Source: an uncultured Actinomycetota bacterium (lineage in GTDB: Bacteria; Actinomycetota; Actinomycetes; JAHEKZ01). Taken from it: a stretch of 64,000 nt of DNA. The notes beneath the pieces were generated by a model. It saw only the letters and a program-made list of their open reading frames with translations, was not told where the DNA came from and did no database searches. Position numbers and translations under genes: made by a program. This document shows, piece after piece, positions 10,302 to 19,411 of the stretch (the stretch's first letter is position 1; every line of letters starts with the position of its first letter). Where the stretch lies: the NCBI GenBank assembly GCA_963829525.1, contig CAWHIJ010000003.1, positions 1,056,001 to 1,120,000 of the forward strand, read 5' to 3'.

Positions 10302-11498
10302 GCTGCCTCCTGACCGGGAACGAGGATGTCGTGCCGGCGCGTGCAGCGCCGGTTGCGGCGGTGCGCCGGCAGTTCGTCGGCGAACACGTCCAGCGCCGAG
10401 CCGAGCATCCGGATGGCGCCGTCGGGGTGGTGGCAGGCACCGCGTCCAGCCACCTCGGCAGAGATGCGTTCGAGCCGCGCGACGTCGCTGCGACGCGCGT
10501 GCCCGGAGGCGACCCGCTGCATGACCTCAGCGAGCGAGTCGAGCCCGAAGAGGCACGGGCCACACTGACGGGCGCTGGAATCGGCGGCGTACTGGACGAT
10601 TTGTGCGCTGACCGCGATCCCACAGCTGGACCGAGGGAGCACGATCACGATCCCGGCGTTGGCCAGCGTCTCCAGCGCACGAATGGGTTGGTCGGCGACG
10701 TCCTCCCAGCGATACCAAGTCCCGCCATATCCGCCGAGCAGCACGGCGGAGGTGTTACCACCACCGAGACGCTCGACGAGCGACGCGAGGATCTCGCTTG
10801 GGTCGCAATCTACGACCATGCGTCCGGACGACGTTGTCACGGTCAGCAACCGGCTCTGGGTCGGGTCGAACCCCGTCGCCAGCAGGCCTACCCGCGCCAA
10901 GGTCTCGATGTTGTGGACCAGAGTTGGCCGACCGTCGACGCCGCTGATCGCGGCGGGAACGGGCATCGCGTGGGGGAGTGCAGGCCCACCCGAGAGGGCG
11001 CGGATGATCGCCGTCGACTCTCCGCTGAGGTAGCGCGCGGGGCCCTCGACGATGCGGAGCGGAACATCGGTGACGCCAGCTGCGCGACGCTCAACCATTG
11101 CACGCTCGATGGAGACTCGACTGTGCTGTGCGCCCTTGTGCAGCCAGAGCACCGCCTCGGTGCTGCCAGTTGCTCGCACAGTGGCCTTGAGGCCGTCGAG
11201 CACCAGGTGTGGTCGCAACTGCAGTAGCGCGGCGTCTTTGCCGCTGGCCGGCTCGCTCTCTGCGCCGTTGGCCACGACGATGCCTCGGCCCCCGGCGTCG
11301 ATGGCTGCCTGCCACTTGCGGGCGACGGGGAAGAATGCCCCGCCGTAGCCACGGAGTTCGACGTCGGCGGCACGCTGGAGCAGATCCTGAACCTCCAACT
11401 GGCCGGGACGCCGAGCGCGGTGTTCGGTCAGCGACTCAGCCGACGTCGAGAGCCACTCGGCCAGAGCCGACCGGAACGGGGGAGTCGAAGATGGTCAT
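10298..11498 (-). CDS. NuoF-like flavoprotein (FMN-binding plus 4Fe-4S domain); likely one frameshift near 11460
   Basis: LRGYGGAFFP, NGAESEPASGKD, YLSGE, SARQCGPCLFG, GACHHPDG; ATG 11498 overlaps the upstream TGA but is out of frame with ORF 10298-11398. Confidence 0.85.
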
Positions 11499-12244
11499 GA
11501 CCGCGCGCCTCCGTGGGAAGACCGAATGGGATCGGTGGTGTAGCGGCTGATTGCCGTGGCGATCACCAGGAAGCCAGATCCCACGTAGAAGAAGGTCAGA
11601 GCTGCAGAGTCAGTGCCAGCGAGGACGCCATGCGCCCACACCGCGGCATAGATGGCGAGGGTGGTGTGATGCAGCGGCCACCAGATCCGGCCGATTCGTC
11701 CGGCGAAGCGCGCGGTGATCCCGGCGACCAGACCGGCGTAAAGGCCGAGCCAACCAAGGGTCACAGGAAGGGGCCGGTACTCGGCGCCCAAGGGAAGAAG
11801 GGCACCCTTCCAGCCGACGCCCGCATAGCTGTCGAGGGCAAGCACAACCACGTGCAGAACGATGAACATTGCGGTGAACGACGCGAGGGCGACGTGGATG
11901 CGCAGCATGGTGGCGCGGGGCAACGACCGCAACGCGGTGCCGCGCGGATGCGCCAGCATGAGACCCAGCAGCACGAGCCCGGTCAGCAGGACGAGTGACG
12001 CGATGCCCGAGACACGCGCGAGCAACCACTTCGGCGCCGCGTCCTGGCTCACCTGAATGGCCACCCACCCGATGGTCCATCCCGCGATCATTGAGCTCAC
12101 CGTCACGATGAGCGCTGACAGCCAGGGATGCCAGGCGGATGTCTGATCTGCCGCAACCACGCGTGAGCGGGTAGTCATGGGTACCGGCGCCGCCTTCGGG
12201 ACTGGAACGGGTGCGTGCTTGGGGATCTGTGCGACGTCAGGCAT
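11495..12244 (-). CDS. Ferric reductase-like transmembrane (cytochrome b-like) protein
   Basis: ARVSGIAS, conserved His in RIHVAL, VLHVVVL, WWPLHH, WAHG; multiple transmembrane segments. Confidence 0.82.
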   Translation of the reverse strand: MPDVAQIPKHAPVPVPKAAPVPMTTRSRVVAADQTSAWHPWLSALIVTVSSMIAGWTIGWVAIQVSQDAAPKWLLARVSGIASLVLLTGLVLLGLMLAHPRGTALRSLPRATMLRIHVALASFTAMFIVLHVVVLALDSYAGVGWKGALLPLGAEYRPLPVTLGWLGLYAGLVAGITARFAGRIGRIWWPLHHTTLAIYAAVWAHGVLAGTDSAALTFFYVGSGFLVIATAISRYTTDPIRSSHGGARS

Positions 12245-13202
12245 GGTTGCTGCGCTCCCAGATGAGGTATGGGTCGAGTGCCGGACTGTGAGCTGTTTCA
12301 CCGGAGTCGGTGACCCAGTAGGCGGCAAGCTGGTGCTGCCCGCACAGCGCATCGATCTGGTCGCGACCGGCGATGAGCAGTGCCTTGCTCCAGGTTTCCG
12401 CTGTGACGGTGGAGTCTGCGATGACGGTCACTGACTGCAGGCCGCCGGCAGCCGGGCCCCCGGTTCGTGGGTCGATGAGGTGGTGACGCTCTTGGCCGCC
12501 TTGAATCCACCGCCGCCGGCCGGTCGAGGACGTCGCGCAGCTTCCGGCGTGGAGCTGTAGGACGGACAGGGTCCGGGTCGGGTCGCGCGGCCCTTCGACG
12601 GCAACCGTCCAGCCGTCACCGTCGGGACCGTCGCCGGCAACTGCGAGATCGCCACCAGCGTTCACCAGGAATGCGGGGAGCTCGGACGCGAGCATGGCCG
12701 CGGCCGCATCGACGGTCCAGCCCTTTCCGATTCCGCCTAGGTCGATCGGAGTATCGCCGAGGGTGATGACGCGTTCGGTGGAGCTGATGGTCGGCTGCCA
12801 CCTGCCACGGAGTGGGACCTCCGTACCGGGCCGAGGTGCGACGGCTTCGGCTGTTGCGACCTCCGCAAAAGTGCGGTCATATCCCACGGCCAACAGGCGG
12901 TCGAGGATGCGGGGGTCGAAGAGGCCACCCGTAGCCCGGTACGCCTCGTGTGCGGCCCCAACGATCGCCACACACTCCGGTGCCACCTCATGTGCTGTTG
13001 CCGGATCGGCGTTGGCTCGCATGAGATCGCTGCGCTCGTCGAACCTCGTGCAGGAGCGCTCCACCCGTCCGAACAGGGTCTCCACCCGCCCGAGCAGGGT
13101 GGTGGTGTCGCTGCCATCTGGCAGCGACACCACCACAACAGTGCCCATGGCGGCGAAGGTGTGTTTGGTCCAGGACGCCTGGAGGGCCTTGACCGTCATC
13201 AC
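12237..13202 (-). CDS. apbE: FAD:protein FMN transferase
   Basis: FAAMGT, TGGLFDP, IDLGGIGKG, VNAGGDL, ATSS, HHLIDPRTG. Confidence 0.93.
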   Translation of the reverse strand: MMTVKALQASWTKHTFAAMGTVVVVSLPDGSDTTTLLGRVETLFGRVERSCTRFDERSDLMRANADPATAHEVAPECVAIVGAAHEAYRATGGLFDPRILDRLLAVGYDRTFAEVATAEAVAPRPGTEVPLRGRWQPTISSTERVITLGDTPIDLGGIGKGWTVDAAAAMLASELPAFLVNAGGDLAVAGDGPDGDGWTVAVEGPRDPTRTLSVLQLHAGSCATSSTGRRRWIQGGQERHHLIDPRTGGPAAGGLQSVTVIADSTVTAETWSKALLIAGRDQIDALCGQHQLAAYWVTDSGETAHSPALDPYLIWERSNHA

Positions 13203-13677
13203 GAACCGCTAGTGCTCGTGTTCGAAGCCGGCGGGTTCTTGGCGGGGGCCGGCGCAGGGGCAGGCGCGCTCCCCGACGATGAGCCACCCGAGCTGCTAGA
13301 GCCGCTGGAGCTGCTCGAGCTCCGGAGCTGGTCCAGCCGCTCGAACTGGACGAGCTGCTGTAGCCCGAACTGCTCGAAGTCGGCGAAGACGACAGCACTA
13401 CGACCCGCTTCTCACGGACCGACTCGAGATGGCTGCGAGCCTGGTGCACCGCCTGCTGGAGATGGTGGATCTGGGCACGCTCCCGGCCGATCGCCTTCCT
13501 GAGCGCGTGCAGCGTGGGGTCTTTGCTCAGCGTCTTCGCCGCGTGGGACGCCTGAGTAGTCGGCGGCGGCGGGGTAGCGGCCGCTGGGGTGTTCGTGGTG
13601 GCCCATGCCGTGGTGGCGACCACAGCGAGCGCAGCCACGGGTGCGGTCAGTGCCAGGGGTGAAATGCGCTTAGTCAT
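13199..13677 (-). CDS. Secreted Ser/Pro-rich small protein ending PPASNTSTSGS (frameshift in the Ser-rich tract)
   Basis: Signal peptide MTKRISPLAL...; coiled-coil; an alternative frame gives APAPAKNPPASNTSTSGS* with TGA overlapping the apbE start. Confidence 0.65.
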
Positions 13678-14161
13678 CGTGGCTCTCGCTCTCTGACTCG
13701 TTGTCGTCGCTGGATGACTGGTTGTCATCGCCGGCGTCTTCGGACTCGTTCTCGTAGGCGTCGTCATCGCCCTGATAAGCGGCGCCACTGTCGTCACTTT
13801 GGCTCGCCGCCGGTGCGGGGGCCGGGGCTGGTGCTGGGGCCGGAGCTGGAGCCGGGGCTGGGGCCGGGGCGTCGTTCACTGCGCTGCGCGCGATGACGAT
13901 GCTCTGATCCACCTGCTGCGATTTGCCGCGGATGCTCTCGAGCAGCTTGCGCAGCTTGTTCGACCGGGAGTCGAGTTGGGAAAGCTGACGGGTAAGTGCC
14001 CGAATGGCGGCGGGGTCGGTGGTGACCTCGGTGGAGGCCGCTGGTGCGGCTGCCTCAGCGTCGGTCGCGGATCCTCCGACACTGGCGAGGGCGAACCCGG
14101 CTCCAGCGAGGGTGACCGATGCAACGGCGAGGATCGTGGTGATTCGGCGAGTGGGGCTCAT
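13670..14161 (-). CDS. Secreted hypothetical protein with coiled coil, (AP)n linker and acidic tail
   Basis: Signal peptide MSPTRRITTIL...; RBS AAAGGAG; stop overlaps the next start. Confidence 0.7.
   Translation of the reverse strand: MSPTRRITTILAVASVTLAGAGFALASVGGSATDAEAAAPAASTEVTTDPAAIRALTRQLSQLDSRSNKLRKLLESIRGKSQQVDQSIVIARSAVNDAPAPAPAPAPAPAPAPAPAPAASQSDDSGAAYQGDDDAYENESEDAGDDNQSSSDDNESESESHDD
13808..13871 (-). repeat. 6-bp tandem repeat encoding an (Ala-Pro)n linker of about 10 units
   Basis: GCCCCG/GCCCCA/GCTCCA/GCACCA units. Confidence 0.8.
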
Positions 14162-14283
14162 TGCTGCTCCTTTGATGGGGACAGATCCACCATCGCCCAC
14201 TTGGCGCCCCCCGCTTAGGTCATTAACCTCGCCTTAGGGTCAGCCACAGACAGGCACAACAGTGACCCCTTCAGGGAGGGGCC

Positions 14284-14478
14284 ATGGCACGTAAACCAGG
14301 GGCTCCTCGGTGGTTCGAGGACATCCCGTGGCGGGTGAATTACCGCGTCCGCTGGTTAGGTTTGGTCTTCTTCGGACCAGCTCAGCTCGACGATGACGCC
14401 GACCCGCTGCAACGTCTCAAGCGGGAGCGCCAGCGCCGGTTTGCCGTCCGGGCCGCTCGAAAGCGGCTTTCGGACTAA
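14284..14478 (+). CDS. Small hypothetical protein (64 aa)
   Basis: GGGAGG RBS plus ATG; plausible composition, FFGPAQL core. Confidence 0.55.
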   Translation: MARKPGAPRWFEDIPWRVNYRVRWLGLVFFGPAQLDDDADPLQRLKRERQRRFAVRAARKRLSD

Positions 14479-14500
14479 GGGGGCTCTGCAGAACAATCAG

Positions 14501-14577
14501 TGGGGTGAGTGACGGGACTCGAACCCGCGACATCCGCGACCACAACGCGGCGCTCTACCAGCTGAGCTACACCCACC
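14501..14577 (-). tRNA. tRNA-His(GTG)
   Basis: Cloverleaf G-GTGGGTG..AGCTCAGCTGGTAGAGC..CCGCG-TT-GTG-GT-CGCGG..GGTTCGAGTCC..CACTCAC-C-CCA with G-1. Confidence 0.96.
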
Positions 14578-14634
14578 ACGGCCGTAATAGCCGAAGCAGA
14601 GTCTAGCGGCGCCAGGGATCGGCTTCGAATCGGC

Positions 14635-15264
14635 TCAGGCTGAAGGGGAGGCGGGAGTCGACTCGGAGACCCCGGAAAGTGTGGCGGCGATCGCCTTCGC
14701 AGTGGCGGAATCAGGCCCGGGCGGCGGGACGAAGACGGCAGCGCGGTAGTAGGCGAGCTCGTTGATCGACTCGGATATGTCGGCAAGCGCCCGGTGCCCT
14801 CCCTGCTTGGCAGGGGCCTGGAAGTAGGCGCGGGGATACCAACGCCGGGAAAGCTCTTTGACCGACGAGACGTCGATCATCCGGTAGTGCAGGAAGTTGT
14901 CGAGCGTCGTCATGTCGCGGGCGATGAAGTTGCGGTCGGTCGCGATCGAGTTGCCGGCCATCGGGGCCTTGCGGGGCTCGGTGACGTACTGGTGGATGTA
15001 GTCGAGGGCCTGTTGCTCGGCCTCGGCCAGCGTAATGCCGGCCGCGAGCTCGTCGAGGAGTGCGGATTTGGTGTGCATGTTCCGGACGAAGTCATCCATC
15101 TGTTCAAGCGCGGCATCCGGCGGCTTGATGACGACGTCGACGCCATCGCCGAGCACGTTCAGCTCGTCATCGGTGACGAGAACCGCCAGTTCGATCAGGG
15201 CATCGTGGACGAGGCTGAGCCCGGTCATCTCGCAGTCGACCCAGACCATGTGTGTTGCGCTCAT
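14635..15264 (-). CDS. orn: Oligoribonuclease
   Basis: [36 protein letters not shown]. Confidence 0.95.
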   Translation of the reverse strand: MSATHMVWVDCEMTGLSLVHDALIELAVLVTDDELNVLGDGVDVVIKPPDAALEQMDDFVRNMHTKSALLDELAAGITLAEAEQQALDYIHQYVTEPRKAPMAGNSIATDRNFIARDMTTLDNFLHYRMIDVSSVKELSRRWYPRAYFQAPAKQGGHRALADISESINELAYYRAAVFVPPPGPDSATAKAIAATLSGVSESTPASPSA

Positions 15265-15300
15265 GGGAACGAAGGTTAGCGGGCCGCTACGACAGCGGGC

Positions 15301-16275
15301 CTATCCCTCGATGATGACGTCCTCGACGGGTCGCCGCGGTGTTGCGGGTGCGGCCGGCGCGTAACCGATTCGGAAGAGCATCTGCGGGAAGCCGATGGGC
15401 TGGTCGGGGTCGCGCACCAGCCAGCGAAGAGCGGGAGCCTCGAGCGGCTGGTTGGCGTAGGTGGCGACCAGGCCCTCAACGGTGGCGACCAGCAGCACCC
15501 GTTGCAGGGCTTGACCGGCGGCGACCCAGCATGCGCGGTCGTCGTGGGCGGTCGTCAGGACGGCGAGGGTCGGGTCATTCTCGAAGACGGCGAACCCTCG
15601 GCCAGAGATCACACGTCCGGGAGTCAGATCACGGTGCGGCGTGGACGGGCTCTGGGGGATCGGGCCGAGCGCGTCTGTGGGCACGCCGTCCGGACGGGTG
15701 TCGTCCACGCCCGTCCACTTCTTGGCCTCGGCCATAACCTCTGGGTCGGTCGTGGCGTCGGCGTCATGAATCAGGTCGACGAGCCTGCGTCGCTCAGCTG
15801 CTTCGGTGACCGGGTAGAAGATTGCGCCCTCTTGACTCGCAGCCACAGCGAGCGCTTCAAGCACCGCTGAGGGGACTGGACGGTCCTCGTAGGGGTTTCG
15901 GTTGGTGTGCCGGTGCGGAATGGCGGCAAAGAGCTCGTCCACCATGCCGGTGGAAGACGCCTGACCGTGCAGGTCGATTGTTGCGACGTGCAGGGGGTCG
16001 TCCTCGTTCGGGAAGATCGTGGTCGTACTGGTGTGTCCGAAGTGCTCCGCGGCCAGTCGCAAGTTGAGTAACGCGGCACCACACGACATGAGCAATGCTC
16101 GGCCGTCCGGATCTTGCGCCTGTAGCTGTCTGCTGGCGTCTCCGTAAAGGTGGATGACATCGTCGTCGATCCGGAAGAGCCAGGGCTGAGTGTTGTGCAC
16201 CGACGGCGCAGCAACCGCCGCGGCGATCAGCTGTCGCAGCAAAGCCTGAGTCAGGGTCGACGTCGAGGAGATCAT
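15301..16275 (-). CDS. Acg family FMN-binding nitroreductase-like protein
   Basis: AAPSVHNTQPW, DPDGRALLMSCGAALLNL, RHTNR, AGQALQRVLL, PQMLFRIG, TPRRP. Confidence 0.9.
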   Translation of the reverse strand: MISSTSTLTQALLRQLIAAAVAAPSVHNTQPWLFRIDDDVIHLYGDASRQLQAQDPDGRALLMSCGAALLNLRLAAEHFGHTSTTTIFPNEDDPLHVATIDLHGQASSTGMVDELFAAIPHRHTNRNPYEDRPVPSAVLEALAVAASQEGAIFYPVTEAAERRRLVDLIHDADATTDPEVMAEAKKWTGVDDTRPDGVPTDALGPIPQSPSTPHRDLTPGRVISGRGFAVFENDPTLAVLTTAHDDRACWVAAGQALQRVLLVATVEGLVATYANQPLEAPALRWLVRDPDQPIGFPQMLFRIGYAPAAPATPRRPVEDVIIEG

Positions 16276-17171
16276 GACGTCCCAGTCCCCGGTCGCACCA
16301 CCAGCACGGGGCACTGCGCGTGGTGCAGGAGCGATCTGCTCGTAGAGCCCAGCAGCATGCTGGTGAAACCACCGTGGCCGCGGGATCCCACGACGACCAG
16401 CGCAGCTCCGCGCGATGCATCCGCCAGAACCTTGGCCGGACGCCCCTGGCGCAACCGCTGCTCCACCTGCACGTCCGGGTACCTCTCGCCAAGACCAGCC
16501 ACGGTCTCTGCCATCGCCCGCAACTCGTCGGTGTGCGCCTCTTCAAGAAGCAGGGTGTCTGCCATCACGACACCAGCGGTGTCATAGGACGGGGCGTTCC
16601 AGACGTGCAGGAGGGTGAGCCCGGTGTGGCGCAGCGAAGCCTCTTCGAAGGCCAGGTGTGTGGCGTCCACCGATAGCTCGGAGCCATCGATACCCACCAC
16701 GACGCGACCGGCTTCGAGCCCTGGCTCATCGGCTTGGTGCGAGGGGACGACGGCAACTGGGCACGAAGCGTGGGTGACGACCTGTTGGGTGACCGATCCG
16801 AGGATGAACTCGGTGACCCGGTCCAGGCCGGAGCTGCCGACGACGACGAGAGTGGCATTCTCGGCCGCCTCGAGCAGCCCTGCCGCGGGTACGCCGGGGT
16901 AGAGCAACCCGTTGACGGTCACGTCAGGAGCCGTTGCTTGGAGTCGCGTGACTGCGTCATCGAGAACAGCCTGTGCGGCATCCCGAATACGATCGTCGGA
17001 GAGTCCAACCGGGGTCGGTCCGAGGCCCACTGGAGGCAGTGGGATCGACCAGCTGTGCACCACGTCGAGAGGCACATGGCGGCGAGCGGCGACATCCAGA
17101 GCCCAAGCAGCAGCGGTGAACGCCTGTTCTGAGCCATCGACACCAACGGCAACGGCAGGACGGTTCGACAT
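16272..17171 (-). CDS. Universal stress protein (tandem UspA domains)
   Basis: Two VVG(V/I)DGS domains; VVGSRGHGGFTSMLLGS, CPVLVV. Confidence 0.93.
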   Translation of the reverse strand: MSNRPAVAVGVDGSEQAFTAAAWALDVAARRHVPLDVVHSWSIPLPPVGLGPTPVGLSDDRIRDAAQAVLDDAVTRLQATAPDVTVNGLLYPGVPAAGLLEAAENATLVVVGSSGLDRVTEFILGSVTQQVVTHASCPVAVVPSHQADEPGLEAGRVVVGIDGSELSVDATHLAFEEASLRHTGLTLLHVWNAPSYDTAGVVMADTLLLEEAHTDELRAMAETVAGLGERYPDVQVEQRLRQGRPAKVLADASRGAALVVVGSRGHGGFTSMLLGSTSRSLLHHAQCPVLVVRPGTGTS

Positions 17172-17223
17172 GGCATTCCTCCTAGGGGGACGCCTTCAGG
17201 ATCACCGGCGCCGGTGGCTGGAG

Positions 17224-17243
17224 GCAGGGACGTTAGTCCCGAG
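17224..17243. promoter_or_regulatory. DosR/DevR-like operator upstream of usp-acg
   Basis: GGGAC-GTTA-GTCCC palindrome about 55 bp upstream of the USP start. Confidence 0.65.
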
Positions 17244-17308
17244 TAGGACCGGCGAAGGTCACCGAAAGCCCCGTCCGGCAGTTGCCGATGTCCTGAGACA
17301 TCACAGGG

Positions 17309-17381
17309 CGCCCCCGGCACGATTCGAACGTGCGGCCAACTGCTTAGAAGGCAGCTGCTCTATCCACTGAGCTACGGGGGC
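17309..17381 (-). tRNA. tRNA-Arg(TCT)
   Basis: GCCCCCG-TA-GCTC-AGTGGATA-GAGC-A-GCTGC-CT-TCT-AA-GCAGT-TGGCC-GCACG-TTCGAAT-CGTGC-CGGGGGC-G; no encoded CCA. Confidence 0.95.
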
Positions 17382-17555
17382 GGGACGTGCGGAATTCCTT
17401 GTGGGAAACCTGCTGGACCCTGCCGCGATCTGGTCGGATCGGGGCGGATCAAGTCTAGGGGGCGGACTTCGGCGCTGGTTTGGCCGCAGATGGGGTGTCA
17501 GGGAGCGATTTCGTGGCTCTGAGCCGGTAGTGTGGGCGCGGTTGAGTCCAGGTGT
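17373..17555. repeat. tRNA-facing element end, copy 1
   Basis: TACGGGGGC-GGGACGTGCGGAATTCCTTGTGGGAAAC...GGATCGGGGCGGATCAAGTCTAGGGGGC; homologous to 22523-22705, 24682-24737 and 51792-51920. Confidence 0.9.
17452..17457 (-). promoter_or_regulatory. Candidate -10 hexamer (TAGACT) driving tRNA-Arg from within the element end
   Basis: TANNNT conserved in other end copies (TACACT 22603-22608, TAGACT 51870-51875); no clear -35. Confidence 0.5.
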
Positions 17556-17579
17556 GGCGATCGGTGTGAGTGCGGGGGG

Positions 17580-18017
17580 TCAGGCAGCCACTTGTGGCGG
17601 TGACTGTTGTCGGTCGATGGCGCGCTGCCAGGTGTGGCGGGCCCAGGCGTTCTGGGCGAGGGCGGCCATCAGCACGATGACGGTCTGGTTGTGGAGACCC
17701 CAGGCGGGGAGTCGCCGGTTGTAGAAGGCGCGCTCGAACTGAGCGTTGAGTGACTCGGTGTCGGCCCGCATGCCGTAGACGCGGGAGTAGTCGGGGTCGG
17801 TCGGGGGTAGGACGCGCAGGTAGTCGCTGCGATTGAACTTGTGCGCCTCGTCCGTTTGCGTGGGGGTGAGCGGCTCCCACCAGTCGTGGATGTCGTCGGT
17901 GGTTCGGCAGGTCAGGGTGTGCCGGGCGTAGAACGCCCACGTCCCATCGGTCTTGCGGTCTCGTTTGGTCTGGTGGCGGGTGACTTCGACGAAGTCGAGG
18001 CTTCCGTCGAACTGCGG
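17580..18017 (-). pseudogene. C-terminal remnant of a DDE transposase (IS4/IS5-superfamily-like)
   Basis: Open frame of about 145 codons without its N-terminal part: ...YSRVYGMRADTESLNAQFE...AALAQNA; Y(2)R(3)E signature. Confidence 0.7.
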
Positions 18018-18163
18018 TCACGCGGCAGTAAGTGCATGACGGGGCGATCTCTAGTGCTGAAACTTTGATGCGAGGTTGGATGGCTCGAGAGGCCGCACCA
18101 ATTCGGGTTGACCTCCACCCTTCGAGGCCTTCTTCTGCGTATATGAGCGGAGGAAGGAGCCTG

Positions 18164-18700
18164 ATGAGCTCGGAGGCGTGGGCGGAGCTGCGGGATTTCG
18201 TTGCCGCGCGAGGCCTGGCGCTATCTCGGACGGCGTTCTTGTTGACTGGTAGTGAGGCTGCGGCCGAGGACTTGGTTCAGGACACGTATGTGGATGTGGT
18301 GCGGCGGTGGCGTCGGATCGATCATTCCAATCCTGAGCTGTATGTGCGTCGGATCATGTACAGCCGGTTTGTGGATGGATTGCGTCGTCGCCGCCTTCGG
18401 GACTGGGCATTCACCACTGGTGATGTTGAGAGGTTGCCGTCAGCATCGTCACCGGGTCCTGAGGCTGGCGTGGTGGATCGGTTGACGTTTGAGAGGGCAC
18501 TGCAACTGTTGACGCCGCGGCAGCGCGCGGTGTTGGTATTGCGTTTCTACGACGACCTGTCGGAGGCGCAGACGGCGGAAGCGATGAAGGTCAGCCGCAA
18601 CACGGTCAAGAGCCAGACGCGGCTGGCGCTCCGTCGACTGTGTGAGTTGGCGCCGGATCTGGTGCCGTCGGTGTCGGATCTGTCTGAGGGGGTGGGCTGA
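18164..18700 (+). CDS. ECF RNA polymerase sigma factor (SigE-family)
   Basis: AFLLTG..AAEDLVQD; LTPRQRAVLVLRFYDDLSEAQTAEAM..S.NTVKSQ; AGGAAGGAG RBS. Confidence 0.9.
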   Translation: MSSEAWAELRDFVAARGLALSRTAFLLTGSEAAAEDLVQDTYVDVVRRWRRIDHSNPELYVRRIMYSRFVDGLRRRRLRDWAFTTGDVERLPSASSPGPEAGVVDRLTFERALQLLTPRQRAVLVLRFYDDLSEAQTAEAMKVSRNTVKSQTRLALRRLCELAPDLVPSVSDLSEGVG

Positions 18701-18701
18701 C

Positions 18702-19411
18702 ATGAACACCCCGTTGCGGGACCGTTTCCAGCAGACCGCGATGAAGGTCCACGAGTTGGGCGACATCGACCGGGCGATCACCGTTGGCGTGGGACAGCAG
18801 GAACCGTACTGTCGCCATCACGACCGCGATCGCAGTAGCTGCGGTCGTCCTACTCGCCGCAGTGATCGTGAGCAGCCCGCTGAAAGGTGCCACCCCCGAA
18901 CCACTCCAACCACCCACCCCGACGCCAGTGTTTGGCTCAGACGTCAACGGCTGGCCGAGCACCGGGCACAACGCGCCAGGTTTCTACTCGCTCGACAACA
19001 AGATGTGCGGATCGATATCCAGGGGTGGCTACTGCAATGTCGGGTGGATGCACAACGGATATGGGTCCGGTGACGTCCAGATTTGGATGGAGGTACGTCC
19101 TGAGGATGGGGGCATCGCGGACGTTGACCCGGGGAGTGGATACCTCGAGAGGCGGCACCCGCGTGGTCGTCGCCGGGTACGAGGGGGTCCACCAAAGAAT
19201 CGCTGACGGACACGAAAGATGGATCGTCGTCATCGATGGACGCACGATCGCCATCGATCTCAAGGCAAAGCCCCGTACCAGCCGGGCGGACCTGGCCGAG
19301 GCCCACACCATCATCGACTCGATTCGCACGGCACCAACAGACAACGTCCTTAACGACCTCGGATACAAGCTCGTCTTCACCCTCACCAACAACGACTGGG
19401 ACTCAGGCTGA
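18702..19411 (+). CDS. Single-TM protein, putative anti-sigma factor (two frameshifts)
   Basis: Starts immediately after the sigma stop; TM AITTAIAVAAVVLLAAVIV; pieces in three frames. Confidence 0.5.

Noticed and set aside
14501-14577. tRNA-His as an integration site
   Set aside because: No duplicate of its 3' end and no integrase were noticed; orn next to tRNA-His looks like ordinary core arrangement.
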